From Candidatus Iainarchaeum sp. (GTDB lineage: Archaea > Iainarchaeota > Iainarchaeia > Iainarchaeales > CSSED10-239), in NCBI GenBank assembly GCA_037441475.1, contig JBBISB010000001.1, forward strand, positions 577,465 to 609,464: DNA of 32,000 nt, written 5' to 3'. A model generated the notes under the pieces. The model made no database searches and was not told the origin of the DNA. It saw only the letters and a program-made list of their open reading frames with translations. Each line of letters opens with the position of its first letter. Position 1 is the stretch's first letter. Below are positions 1-8,269 of this stretch, piece after piece. The translations under genes and the position numbers were made by a program.

Positions 1-1
1 A

Positions 2-115
2 ACAAAAGAAGACTTAGTTTCAATTAAACCAATACTTTCAAATCTTTTAAAAAACTTTAATCTAGAAGAGGCCACCATTAATAGGTTCTTATCAAAGGAC
101 ATCTTAAAGAAATAA
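2..115 (+). CDS. 3' end of a CDS entering from upstream (last 37 codons). Its position directly upstream of Pop5 suggests RNase P subunit Rpp30, but this is unproven.
   Basis: Frame 2 is open from the window edge to TAA at 113-115 (...FNLEEATINRFLSKDILKK*). In many archaea Rpp30 precedes Pop5-psmA. The fragment is too short for motif support. Confidence 0.3.
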   Translation, partial: TKEDLVSIKPILSNLLKNFNLEEATINRFLSKDILKK

Positions 116-131
116 TAAAAAATAGATTTTC

Positions 132-455
132 ATGAGTAAACTTAAAAAAAAATTAAATGTTATAAGGCCAACTTTAAGGCATAAGAAACTTTATCTTAAG
201 CTTGAGTATACAAAGGAATACTCCTCTAACCTTTATACCCTTCTTTTAAAAAACTATGAAAAAATAAATGGTTTATTTTCTTCTTTAGAATGTAATCTAA
301 CAGTCATGGAAAACGACTATACAACTAAAACAATGGTCGTAAGATTAAACAAAGCATATAAAGAAAGCTTTTTAAGTAGTTTATTCTTTTTAAAGCAAGA
401 TTTAGGGCTTATCTTTGTTTTAAAAGAAGCATCTACCCTTAATTCTTTAAAATAA
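132..455 (+). CDS. rnp2: RNase P protein component 2 (Pop5/Rpp14 family)
   Basis: 107 aa. The N-terminal RPTLRHKKLYLKLE matches the archaeal Pop5 pattern PPTLRxKKRYIxF. The C-terminal VLKEASTLNSLK resembles VLGVSGTIKRLK. It sits in the conserved position upstream of psmA. Confidence 0.7.
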   Translation: MSKLKKKLNVIRPTLRHKKLYLKLEYTKEYSSNLYTLLLKNYEKINGLFSSLECNLTVMENDYTTKTMVVRLNKAYKESFLSSLFFLKQDLGLIFVLKEASTLNSLK

Positions 456-689
456 ACTCTTCTTTTACTAATCATAATGTTTTTATATCTGTTGCTATAA
501 TATATATATTATACAAGGATACAGAGATAGGAGAAAATACTATATTTAAGGTTAATTTCTTTAAAAGTAGTTTTTTTAAATAGTAAGTTCGTTTTAATTT
601 CTATAAAAAGAAATGCTTACAAGTAAAACTCTTTTAATAACAAAAAATTATTTTTATAATTTAGATATACAAAAATAAAAGGTGAAAAT

Positions 690-1412
690 ATGTTCCCAAT
701 TTCTAATAACAATGCAACAGCACAAGCTTACGATAGATCAATTACAGTTTTTAGTCCTGAAGGACATTTATACCAAGTTGACTATGCCTCTAAGATAATT
801 GAAAAAGGAAGTCCAGCAGTAGCTATAACTTACAAAGACGGAATAATCTTAGTTGCTGATAAAAAAATATTCTCTTCATTAATAATTCCAGAGTCTGTAG
901 AAAAAGTTTTCAAAGTTGATAAACATGTATGGGTTGCATGTTCTGGTCTTATAGGAGACGGAAGAAGACTTGTTGATTATGCAAGACAAATTTCTCAAGA
1001 AAATAAAATTTATTATGATGACCCAATAGAGATAGATACCTTAGTTAAGAAAATAGGTAATGTTGTTCAATATTTCACACAGTACGGTGGAGCAAGACCA
1101 TTTGGGGTTTCTTTAATTGTTGCTGGAATTGATACTTTAGGAAAACACATCTATGAGATTGAACCAAGTGGCGCTACAACAGCTTACAAGGCAATAGCAA
1201 TTGGTCAAAATAAACCTAAGCTTATGGCAAACTTAGAAAAAACTTATAAAGATAATTTAAGTTTTGATGATGCTTTAAAGCTTGCTTTCAAAACCTTAGC
1301 TTTAAATCTTGATGTTAAACAAAAACTTGATGTTAAAAATATTGAAGTTTTAAACATTACAGAGAAAAATGATGCAATTGTTCCTGTGGAGAAATATTCT
1401 AAACTTTTATAA
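690..1412 (+). CDS. psmA: Proteasome alpha subunit
   Basis: YDRSITVFSPEGHLYQVDYA is the alpha-subunit signature. The protein is 240 aa. GGTGA at 681-685 lies 4 nt upstream of the ATG. Confidence 0.95.
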   Translation: MFPISNNNATAQAYDRSITVFSPEGHLYQVDYASKIIEKGSPAVAITYKDGIILVADKKIFSSLIIPESVEKVFKVDKHVWVACSGLIGDGRRLVDYARQISQENKIYYDDPIEIDTLVKKIGNVVQYFTQYGGARPFGVSLIVAGIDTLGKHIYEIEPSGATTAYKAIAIGQNKPKLMANLEKTYKDNLSFDDALKLAFKTLALNLDVKQKLDVKNIEVLNITEKNDAIVPVEKYSKLL

Positions 1413-1427
1413 ATTTAAAAAAGGAAG

Positions 1428-1847
1428 ATGAAAATAAATATGCCTCAAGTAAAAAACCCTGCTCTTAAAAAAAATCCTTTAATGCAAGATGTTAAAAAAG
1501 ATTTATCTGTTAAAATGTATGCTCAACAAGCAAGGCTTTTAAAAAAAGTAAATCCTGCTATAAAGGGTAGGTTACTAAATGATCAAAAAATTCTTGCAAA
1601 TCATAGAATTTTAGGCTCAATGGTTAGTTATAAAGTGAGCAATCTTTCTTCTGTTGAAAGAAAAAATGCAGATAAATTATTTCAAGACATGTATGCTAAA
1701 ATAATTTTAAGATCTTCAAATAATCCTGCATATGCAGAAAAATCAGTTACTTTTCTTAAACATTTTTCAGCAGCCTTATACCGAAAAGAAGGAAAAGAAA
1801 TTTTAGAAATTTTAAAAAAAGCATCAGAAGCTGTTAACAAAATATAA
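1428..1847 (+). CDS. Hypothetical protein (139 aa) inserted between psmA and SBDS
   Basis: The uninterrupted ORF fills the psmA-SBDS gap on the same strand with 15 and 17 nt spacers. It is Lys/Ala-rich with no Cys and no motif I recognise. An alternative ATG lies at 1440. Confidence 0.5.
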   Translation: MKINMPQVKNPALKKNPLMQDVKKDLSVKMYAQQARLLKKVNPAIKGRLLNDQKILANHRILGSMVSYKVSNLSSVERKNADKLFQDMYAKIILRSSNNPAYAEKSVTFLKHFSAALYRKEGKEILEILKKASEAVNKI

Positions 1848-1864
1848 ATCAAAGGTGATAAATT

Positions 1865-2590
1865 ATGTTTTACAAAGGAGAAAAGAACAAAGGAAATCTA
1901 GAAAACACTGTTGTTGCAAAGATTAAAAAAGGAGAACATACCTTTGAAATTTTAGTGTATCCTTTCCAAGCATGGGATTACAAACATAATTTGCCAAATA
2001 TAACTATTGAACAAGTAATAGCTTATGAAGAAGTCTATTCAGATATTCAAAAATCAAACTTAGCTTCAAAAGAAGTTATTTTAGAAGTTTTTGAAACAGA
2101 AGATATCTTTAAGATAGCTGATAAGATAATAAGAGACGGCGAAGTACAATTAACAACAGCCCAAAAACAACAGATGGCTGAGAGAAGAGAAAAAGAAATT
2201 ATAACATACATCTCAAAGTACGCTCACGATCCTAAAAACAAAACCCCAATTCCTGAACAAAGAATAATCAATGCTTTTGCTGAATTAAAAATAAAAATAA
2301 ACTTAAACAAACAAAAAGAAAAAGAAATAGAAGAAATTGTAGATAAACTAAAAAGAATAATGCCAATTTCTTTTGAAAAAATTACTTTGCTTGTAGAGAT
2401 CCCTGCAAGCTATGCAGGAAAAGTTTCATCAGTAATCTATAAGCAAGAGTTAGTTGATCAAAAATGGCTTTCCAGTGGAGCATTAGTTGCAAAAATAAAA
2501 ATTCCAGCTGGTTTAAAGCAACAGTTAGTTTCTGATTTAAATAACTTAACTCATGGTAATTTAGTGGTTAGCGTTAGTGATGAAAATTAA
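1865..2590 (+). CDS. sdo1: SBDS/Sdo1-family ribosome maturation protein
   Basis: N-terminal VVAKIKKGEHTFEILVYP pattern and 241 aa size. It occupies the canonical position between psmA and rrp4. GGTGA lies 6 nt upstream of the ATG. Confidence 0.88.
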   Translation: MFYKGEKNKGNLENTVVAKIKKGEHTFEILVYPFQAWDYKHNLPNITIEQVIAYEEVYSDIQKSNLASKEVILEVFETEDIFKIADKIIRDGEVQLTTAQKQQMAERREKEIITYISKYAHDPKNKTPIPEQRIINAFAELKIKINLNKQKEKEIEEIVDKLKRIMPISFEKITLLVEIPASYAGKVSSVIYKQELVDQKWLSSGALVAKIKIPAGLKQQLVSDLNNLTHGNLVVSVSDEN

Positions 2591-2611
2591 ATATAAAATG
2601 TGAAAAAAAAT

Positions 2612-3232
2612 ATGAATACAGAAAAAAAAATAGTAATTCCTGGAGAAGTTATAACAAACCAGGTAAAAAAGTTAGGTACTAATGTTTTTCTTGAGAATGG
2701 AAAAATATTTAGTTCTGTTGTAGGAATAGTTTCTGAAACAAGTGACTTTGTATCAGTAATTCCTTTAAACGGCCATTACTCACCAATTGAAGGTGATGGA
2801 ATAATAGCTGTTGTTAAAGATGAGGTTTTAAATGGTTACATCTTAGAGTACAATTCCTTTGATGATTCCTTTTTATTAAAATCAATTCTTAAAAAAGAAC
2901 TTTCAAAAGGAACAATCATTTTCCTAAGAATAAAAAACATTGCAGACAATGGTTCTTTAGAGTATGATAATATAAATATCTTACCAAAGGGTAGAGTTTT
3001 TCAAACCTCTCCAGTTAAGATTCCAAGACTTATTGGAAAAAACGAATCTATGTTAAATCTATTTAAAGAATATTTAGGTGGAAATATAGTTATTGGTAAA
3101 AACGGATGGGTATGGTATAACTGTGAGAATGTAAATCTTTCAGAACGTGCATTTTCATTAGTTGTAAACAATTCTCAAAAATCAAATCTTACAAATAGTA
3201 TGAAAGATTTTTTTGAAAAAAATAAAAATTAA
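2612..3232 (+). CDS. rrp4: Exosome complex RNA-binding subunit Rrp4 (S1 + KH)
   Basis: IVIPGEVI N-terminal motif and a KH-type GKNGWVW motif near the C-terminus, in the position before rrp41. I prefer ATG 2612 (GTGA 8 nt upstream) over the track's GTG at 2600. Confidence 0.85.
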   Translation: MNTEKKIVIPGEVITNQVKKLGTNVFLENGKIFSSVVGIVSETSDFVSVIPLNGHYSPIEGDGIIAVVKDEVLNGYILEYNSFDDSFLLKSILKKELSKGTIIFLRIKNIADNGSLEYDNINILPKGRVFQTSPVKIPRLIGKNESMLNLFKEYLGGNIVIGKNGWVWYNCENVNLSERAFSLVVNNSQKSNLTNSMKDFFEKNKN

Positions 3233-3243
3233 AGTGATAAATT

Positions 3244-3948
3244 ATGAGTACAAGACTAGATGGTAGAAAAAATGATGAATTAAGACCAATCAATATTAAA
3301 CTTGGAGTTGTAAAGAGTGCTGCAGGTTCATGTTATCTTGAATGGGGTAAAAACACTGTTATTGCAACAGTACACGGTCCTAGACCAATGTTTCCAAAAC
3401 ACTTATCAGATTCAACAAAAGCTGTTATTGATTATAAATACAGAATGGCACCTTTCTCTGTTTCAGAAAGGAAGTCACCAGTTCCTGGAAAGAGAGATAA
3501 AGAAATTTCTTTAGTTTCTGGTTTTGCTTTAGAGTCTGTAATTATGACTGAAAAGTTTCCAAACACAGTTATTGATATAAATGCATTAATACTTTCAGCA
3601 GATGCAGGTACAAGAGCTGCAGCATTAACAGCTGCGTCTTTAGCTTGTGCTGATGCTGGTCTTCCAATGAAAGGTATTCTTGCAGCAGTTTCAACAGGAA
3701 GAGCTAATGGAGAATACATTTTTGATTTAACAAAAGAAGAAGAGGATGCTCAAGACGCTGTTGATACAGCTATTGCTATTTCAATGCCACAAAAAGAAAT
3801 TGCACTTCTTCAAATGGATGGTTTTGTAAATAAAGAAGATTGGAAAAAAATAGTTTCAATGGGTTTTTTAGCAGCAGAAAAAGTTTTTGACCTTCAAAAG
3901 AAAGCTTTGCTTGAAAAGTACCCAATAAATGGTGATATTAATGAGTGA
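3244..3948 (+). CDS. rrp41: Exosome complex exonuclease Rrp41 (RNase PH fold)
   Basis: RLDGRKNDELRPI start, GSCYLEWGKNTVIATVHGP, and the SADAGTRAAALTAASLA phosphate-binding region. Confidence 0.92.
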   Translation: MSTRLDGRKNDELRPINIKLGVVKSAAGSCYLEWGKNTVIATVHGPRPMFPKHLSDSTKAVIDYKYRMAPFSVSERKSPVPGKRDKEISLVSGFALESVIMTEKFPNTVIDINALILSADAGTRAAALTAASLACADAGLPMKGILAAVSTGRANGEYIFDLTKEEEDAQDAVDTAIAISMPQKEIALLQMDGFVNKEDWKKIVSMGFLAAEKVFDLQKKALLEKYPINGDINE

Positions 3949-4735
3949 TATATTAAACCTTATAAATGCAAACAGCATTAAAGAAAACATAAAAAAAGGA
4001 ATAAGAGAAGATAAAAGAGCTCTTGAAGACTTTAGAGATCTTGAGATTAAAACTTCTGTTTTATCTTCAGCAGATGGTTCTGCTTGGGTAAAGCTTGGTA
4101 ATACTGAAGTTATTGCTGGTATTAAGTTTTCAGTTGGAACACCATACCCTGATTCTCCTGATGAAGGGAGTATGTCCTTAAATTTAGAACTTACAGGAAT
4201 TTCTTCTCCTGATTTTTCAACAGGTCCTCCACAAATAGATGCTTTAGAGTATGGTAGAGTTGCTGATAGAGCTATAAGGTCTGCAGACTGTATTGACTTT
4301 AAGAAATTATGTGTTGTTCCTGGGGAAAAAGTTTTAGTAATGTTTATTGATTGTGTTGCAATAAACGCTGATGGTAATTTAATAGATGCAACTGAGCTTG
4401 CTGCTTTAGCTGCAATAAAGAATGTTAGAATGCCAAAGCTTGATGAAAAAAATAACATAATTGCTAAAGAATATTCTGACGAAAAAATAGAACTTTTAAA
4501 CATACCTTTAAGTTTTACTTTTGAAAAGATAGAAGGTAAAATAATAGTTGACGCAACAGAGAATGAAGAGTTTGCATCTAATGCAAGATTTAGTATAGGC
4601 CTTGTTAAAGACACTGTTGTTTCATGTCAAAAAAGTAAAGGTGGAACTTTTATTGAAGAGGAAATTTTTAAAATGATCGATATATCAACTAAAAAATACA
4701 ATGAAATCTACAAAAAAATTGAGGCTTTAAAATAA
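3941..4735 (+). CDS. rrp42: Exosome complex subunit Rrp42 (RNase PH-like)
   Basis: REDKRALEDFRDLEIKTSVLSSADGSAWVKLGNTEVIAGIK matches the Rrp42 N-terminal pattern. ATG 3941 has GGTGA (3931-3935) 5 nt upstream and overlaps the rrp41 stop. The track start 3929 is in frame and possible. Confidence 0.9.
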   Translation: MSDILNLINANSIKENIKKGIREDKRALEDFRDLEIKTSVLSSADGSAWVKLGNTEVIAGIKFSVGTPYPDSPDEGSMSLNLELTGISSPDFSTGPPQIDALEYGRVADRAIRSADCIDFKKLCVVPGEKVLVMFIDCVAINADGNLIDATELAALAAIKNVRMPKLDEKNNIIAKEYSDEKIELLNIPLSFTFEKIEGKIIVDATENEEFASNARFSIGLVKDTVVSCQKSKGGTFIEEEIFKMIDISTKKYNEIYKKIEALK

Positions 4736-4752
4736 AAGAAAAGTGATGGAAA

Positions 4753-4980
4753 ATGGCAACTAAAAAAGTAAAAGAAACAGGTAAGTATGGTGTTAGAGGC
4801 GGAAGAGGTATTAGACAAAAATATCTTCTTGCAACAAAGACAGATAAATCCTCTTATGTTTGTCCAAATTGTGGATATAAGGGGAAAATAACAAAGAAAG
4901 ATTCTGCTATATTCAAATGTTCAAAATGTAAAACAGAAATTGCAGGTGCAGCATATAAACTTTCTTCATTAAAAAAATAA
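4753..4980 (+). CDS. rpl37ae: Ribosomal protein L37Ae (eL43)
   Basis: 75 aa with a zinc ribbon CPNC...CSKC and a basic N-terminus (GKYGVRGGRGIRQKY). Canonical position after rrp42. Confidence 0.9.
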   Translation: MATKKVKETGKYGVRGGRGIRQKYLLATKTDKSSYVCPNCGYKGKITKKDSAIFKCSKCKTEIAGAAYKLSSLKK

Positions 4981-4992
4981 AGGTGAAAAATA

Positions 4993-5121
4993 ATGTATTA
5001 TTGTGCAAGATGTAAAACTGAGTATGATGCAATTCCTGAGAATGATAAGTGTGGAGTATGCGGTTCAAGAATCTTTTATAAAAAAAGAGAACCAGTTTTA
5101 AAGAAAATAAAGGCATATTAA
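4993..5121 (+). CDS. rpoP: DNA-directed RNA polymerase subunit P (Rpo12/RpoP)
   Basis: Not in the supplied ORF track because it is only 42 aa: MYYCARCKTEYDAIPENDKCGVCGSRIFYKKREPVLKKIKAY. It has a CxxC...CxxC zinc ribbon, GGTGA 6 nt upstream, and the conserved position between rpl37ae and Brix. Confidence 0.8.
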   Translation: MYYCARCKTEYDAIPENDKCGVCGSRIFYKKREPVLKKIKAY

Positions 5122-5123
5122 GT

Positions 5124-5597
5124 ATGTTTGTTACAACTTCCAGAAAAGCAAATCTTTTAGAAAAAAGATTTTCAAAATACCTTACAAAATACCTTCCTGG
5201 GCTTGTATATCTTCCAAGAGGCAAAACTCCTCTTTTAAAAATCTTTAAGAAAGCAACATATCTTGGTCATAAGTATTTTCTAAAAGTATCTTCAATAAAT
5301 GAAAATATTTTATTCTCCATATATGTTTCTAAGGAAAACAGTTTTTTTCTTGAAAGAGAATATCTTTTAGAGGTTCTAGACTTAAGGCACTTAAAGCCTT
5401 TCTCTTACATCTCTTCAATAAACCAATCCTTTCAAGATGTTAAAGATGTTTTTTATTTTCTTTCAAAGAAAAATAAATCTTTAAAAAGCACTTATGGTGT
5501 TTTTTTAACTTCTCAAGAAGATGTTTTTGATTTTTTAGAAGAGGGAAAATACTTAGGTTTTAGATTTAAAATTTTGAATGTGAAAACTATTGATTGA
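5124..5597 (+). CDS. Brix-domain (Imp4-like) ribosome biogenesis protein
   Basis: The N-terminal MFVTTSRKANLLEKRFSKYL...YLPRGK matches the archaeal Brix pattern (ITTSRKPS..R.F....Y.NRGK). 157 aa, in the canonical superoperon position. Confidence 0.7.
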   Translation: MFVTTSRKANLLEKRFSKYLTKYLPGLVYLPRGKTPLLKIFKKATYLGHKYFLKVSSINENILFSIYVSKENSFFLEREYLLEVLDLRHLKPFSYISSINQSFQDVKDVFYFLSKKNKSLKSTYGVFLTSQEDVFDFLEEGKYLGFRFKILNVKTID

Positions 5598-5835
5598 AAA
5601 TATCTTATCCATTAAGCTTGAAATTAAAGCAAAAGATCCTAATAACTTAAAGAAGCTCTTAGATCTTGAAATGGATAGAAAGAAGTACAATCGTTCAGAT
5701 TCAAAAGTATATATAGAAAAAAAGATTTTAATCATAGAGATTTATGCAAAAGATGTTATTGCTTTTAAAGCAACCATTAACAATTACATAAATATTCTAG
5801 AGTTAATATCTAAAGTTTATGAGGTGGAACTATGA
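5590..5835 (+). CDS. KEOPS Pcc1-like subunit (putative)
   Basis: 81 aa. DVIAFKATINNYINILELISKV resembles the Pcc1 C-terminal helix pattern. It has a TTG start overlapping the Brix stop and lies upstream of prefoldin beta, as in other archaea. Confidence 0.5.
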   Translation: MIENILSIKLEIKAKDPNNLKKLLDLEMDRKKYNRSDSKVYIEKKILIIEIYAKDVIAFKATINNYINILELISKVYEVEL

Positions 5836-6197
5836 GTGAAAAAAATGCAAATATGATTAATACATATAGACAACAATTAATGTTTTTATCCCAACAAAAA
5901 CAACAATTACAACTTCAAGCAAATGTTTTAGAAAACACTATTAAAGAGCTTGAAATTACTAAAGAAACAAAAGTTTACAAAGGTGTAGGTAATGTTTTTA
6001 TTTTAAAGGATAAAGTAGATGTTGTAAAAGAAACTAAGGATACAAAAGAAACAGTTGACTTAAGACTTAAGACTGTTGAGAAACAAGAAGCAGATGCTTT
6101 AAAAAAATTAAGTGAACTTACAAAAGAAAGTCAACAAGAAAAAGCAAAAGAACCTGCTCCTGTTTTAAAGGATAAAGCCTCTGATGGAATTGCTTAA
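5832..6197 (+). CDS. pfdB: Prefoldin beta subunit
   Basis: Coiled-coil/beta-hairpin/coiled-coil layout (QQLQLQANVLENTIKELE...KVYKGVGNVFILKDK...LKTVEKQEADALKKL). ATGA overlap with the preceding gene. Confidence 0.85.
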   Translation: MSEKNANMINTYRQQLMFLSQQKQQLQLQANVLENTIKELEITKETKVYKGVGNVFILKDKVDVVKETKDTKETVDLRLKTVEKQEADALKKLSELTKESQQEKAKEPAPVLKDKASDGIA

Positions 6198-6230
6198 ATT
6201 TCTTTTTTTAAAAAAGATAATAAAAAAAGA

Positions 6231-6644
6231 TTATTTTAAATAGATAATCTTTTTTCCATCCTTTAATTTCTTTTTCTTTGATTTTTTAATTAGATAATGA
6301 ATAGTGCTTTTAGGTACCTTTAACTTTTCTTCAAGTTCTCTGTATGAGAAGTCCTTGTGCATCTCAATAATCTTCTTTAATTTAGCAGCAGGAATATCAA
6401 TAGGTCTTCCTTGTTCGTTCTTAATAACCAAAGATATTTTTTTCTTTTTGAAAAATTCCTTTGTTTTTTCTCCAATCCTGGATTTAGTGGTTTTAGAAAG
6501 TGTAATTATTTTAAGTCTTTTACATCTTGCAACTATCTTTTCCATTAACTTTATAGAAAAGGCTTTTGTTACATGAAGTTCTTCACAAGAAGAATCAATT
6601 TTTGAAATATTCTTAAAATCATTAAGTGAGTCTTTAATACCCAT
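6231..6644 (-). CDS. Hypothetical protein with a C-terminal helix-turn-helix
   Basis: 137 aa. SYRELEEKLKVPKSTIHYLIKK looks like a resolvase/HTH_7-type HTH. GAGGGT lies 8 nt upstream of the ATG. No catalytic domain is recognisable. Confidence 0.5.
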   Translation of the reverse strand: MGIKDSLNDFKNISKIDSSCEELHVTKAFSIKLMEKIVARCKRLKIITLSKTTKSRIGEKTKEFFKKKKISLVIKNEQGRPIDIPAAKLKKIIEMHKDFSYRELEEKLKVPKSTIHYLIKKSKKKKLKDGKKIIYLK

Positions 6645-6767
6645 ATCTTTTTACCCTCTTTTAAATTTCTTGGTTTTACTTAAAATAAAAAACCGTCCAA
6701 TATTATTAGTGACTATAACTATTTATAAATATATTTGTTTATAAATCTTTTCCTCCAATATATATTT

Positions 6768-7340
6768 ATGATAATCTTAATATGTGGGTACACCTCTTCA
6801 GGTAAAAGTGTTGTTGCAGATCATATCGGTAAGCAATTAAAATATCTTGTTATCCATACCTCTGACATTTTAAAAAAAATGCTTACAAACCAAGAGATTG
6901 ATCTTAGTAAAACAGAAATGCAGACTGGGTGGTATGAAAAATCAACTGCTTCTTATGATACAAGAAAAAAAGATCTTTCCTTTGATAAAAAATTAGATAA
7001 ATATCTTCTCTCACTTGTAAAGGAGAATGAAAACCTTGTTTTAGATTCTTCAACTCTTCCATATCTTTTAAAAAGAAAAAAAGGTGTCTTAAGGATATGG
7101 CTTAAATGTTCTCAAAAGGTAAGAGCAGAGAGGATGGCTAAAAGAAACAACATGGTTTTTACAGACACCATTAAGATATTAAAAAAGAAAGATAAGTTCA
7201 ATATTGATCATTATAAATCTCTATACGGTTATGATTTTGGAAAAGATCTTTCAATCTTTGATTATGTTTTAGATACCAGTAAAATAGGTCTTGATGAGGT
7301 TTTTAAAAGAACACTTTCTTTTGTTAAAGATAATCTATAA
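6768..7340 (+). CDS. cmk: Archaeal-type cytidylate kinase-like P-loop kinase
   Basis: P-loop GYTSSGKS directly after ATG 6768 (the track's TTG 6735 adds an implausible hydrophobic leader). VRAERMAKR and YGYDFGKDLSIFDYVLDTS resemble archaeal Cmk. Confidence 0.6.
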   Translation: MIILICGYTSSGKSVVADHIGKQLKYLVIHTSDILKKMLTNQEIDLSKTEMQTGWYEKSTASYDTRKKDLSFDKKLDKYLLSLVKENENLVLDSSTLPYLLKRKKGVLRIWLKCSQKVRAERMAKRNNMVFTDTIKILKKKDKFNIDHYKSLYGYDFGKDLSIFDYVLDTSKIGLDEVFKRTLSFVKDNL

Positions 7341-7351
7341 GGATATTTAAT

Positions 7352-8269
7352 ATGAATAAACTATACTCCTTTACTTTTGAAGAAAACTTAAAGGAACCTT
7401 CAGCAAAACATTATGCAAATAAAATGCACTTTAGTATACCTACAAAAGATGCACATTATTTTAAAGAAAACATTCCTTCTTTTTTAGATATTGTCTTTTA
7501 TAAAGGTTCTAAAAATCCTGGTTTTAAAGGCTTTCCAGAAATATACTTTGATTCTTTAATAAAAACCACTCTTAATTATTCTCCTGAATTTATTTCAAGA
7601 TTAAAAAAAGAACTTTTCACTTTATCTCCCTCACAAGTGGAGTTATTTCTAGAGTATAATAGATATAACCAGTTGTTTGTTAAAAAAGCAAATCCTCTCT
7701 TTGATATTCAAAGAATAAAGAAGGGCTTGCTTACAAAAAAAATAATCTCAACCCATACAAACTCAGCTTGTCTTGAAACCTATCATGGTTTTATAAGGGT
7801 TTTAGAGAGTGGTAATGCAAAAATAATAACTCTAAAAGTAGATGGCAAAAACAAAACTCTTCTTGTTAAAAGTTTCTCTGGTATTGGAAAAAATAATATA
7901 AGGGAGGGAACATACACCTTAGCCCTTGATCCTAAAAACTTTAAAATCTATTCTTTTAATAATTTTCCTGACTATAAAGAAAGAGTGTATGTCCCAGAAG
8001 CAAAGAGAGTAGGTAATAATAAAATATTAAATGATAGCTTTACTGATCATGAGTTTGCAAAAAAATTATTATTCGACCCAGCTTCTAGCCCTAATGTAAA
8101 AGAAATTTCAAAAGATATCCTTAATCAAGTTTCAAAAATTAAAGAACTTCTAAAAAACTATGTTCCTTCAAAACAAAAACCAAAAATAGCTTCTTTTAAA
8201 ACTTCTGTTAAAAAGATGTTAAAAGATAAGGAAACTAGGGACTTAATAAAAAAAAGATTTAGAAGATAA
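7352..8269 (+). CDS. Hypothetical protein (305 aa)
   Basis: Long uninterrupted ORF 11 nt after the kinase gene on the same strand, with AAGGA upstream. It has a basic C-terminal tail and no motif I recognise. Confidence 0.55.
   Translation: MNKLYSFTFEENLKEPSAKHYANKMHFSIPTKDAHYFKENIPSFLDIVFYKGSKNPGFKGFPEIYFDSLIKTTLNYSPEFISRLKKELFTLSPSQVELFLEYNRYNQLFVKKANPLFDIQRIKKGLLTKKIISTHTNSACLETYHGFIRVLESGNAKIITLKVDGKNKTLLVKSFSGIGKNNIREGTYTLALDPKNFKIYSFNNFPDYKERVYVPEAKRVGNNKILNDSFTDHEFAKKLLFDPASSPNVKEISKDILNQVSKIKELLKNYVPSKQKPKIASFKTSVKKMLKDKETRDLIKKRFRR

Noticed and set aside
456-689. 235-nt spacer between Pop5 and psmA, containing an imperfect direct repeat TTAATTTCT(T/A)TAAAAG (552-567 and 594-610); considered as a small RNA or missing gene
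   Set aside because: The spacer is uniformly AT-rich with no GC-rich stem signal, and it holds only trivial ORFs of under 10 codons. The repeat is weak for this composition. It is most simply an internal promoter region for psmA.
132-690. Apparent absence of RNase P subunit Rpp30 from the superoperon
   Set aside because: In the canonical arrangement Rpp30 lies upstream of Pop5, and a CDS tail enters the window at 2-115 in exactly that position. Absence therefore cannot be claimed.
3317-3719. ORFs 3317-3514 (+) and 3432-3719 (-) inside rrp41
   Set aside because: Both are alternative-frame or antisense ORFs nested in a gene with clear RNase PH motifs. The Ala-rich antisense product mirrors the GC-richer Ala-coding stretch of rrp41.
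3868-4614. 248-aa ORF on the minus strand, the largest unexplained ORF in the track
   Set aside because: It is entirely antisense to the well-supported rrp42 gene. The translation is low-complexity (Ser/Phe/Ile-rich), typical of the reverse frame of an AT-rich gene. It has no SD and no motif.
4913-5735. Antisense ORFs 4913-5224 (-) and 5553-5735 (-)
   Set aside because: They overlap rpl37ae/rpoP/Brix and the Pcc1-like gene, all supported by motifs and synteny. Their translations are Phe/Leu/Asn-rich, a composition artefact.
6304-6576. 90-aa plus-strand ORF opposite the HTH protein gene
   Set aside because: The minus-strand frame has an HTH motif, an SD (GAGGGT) and a longer ORF. The plus-strand product is featureless and hydrophobic.
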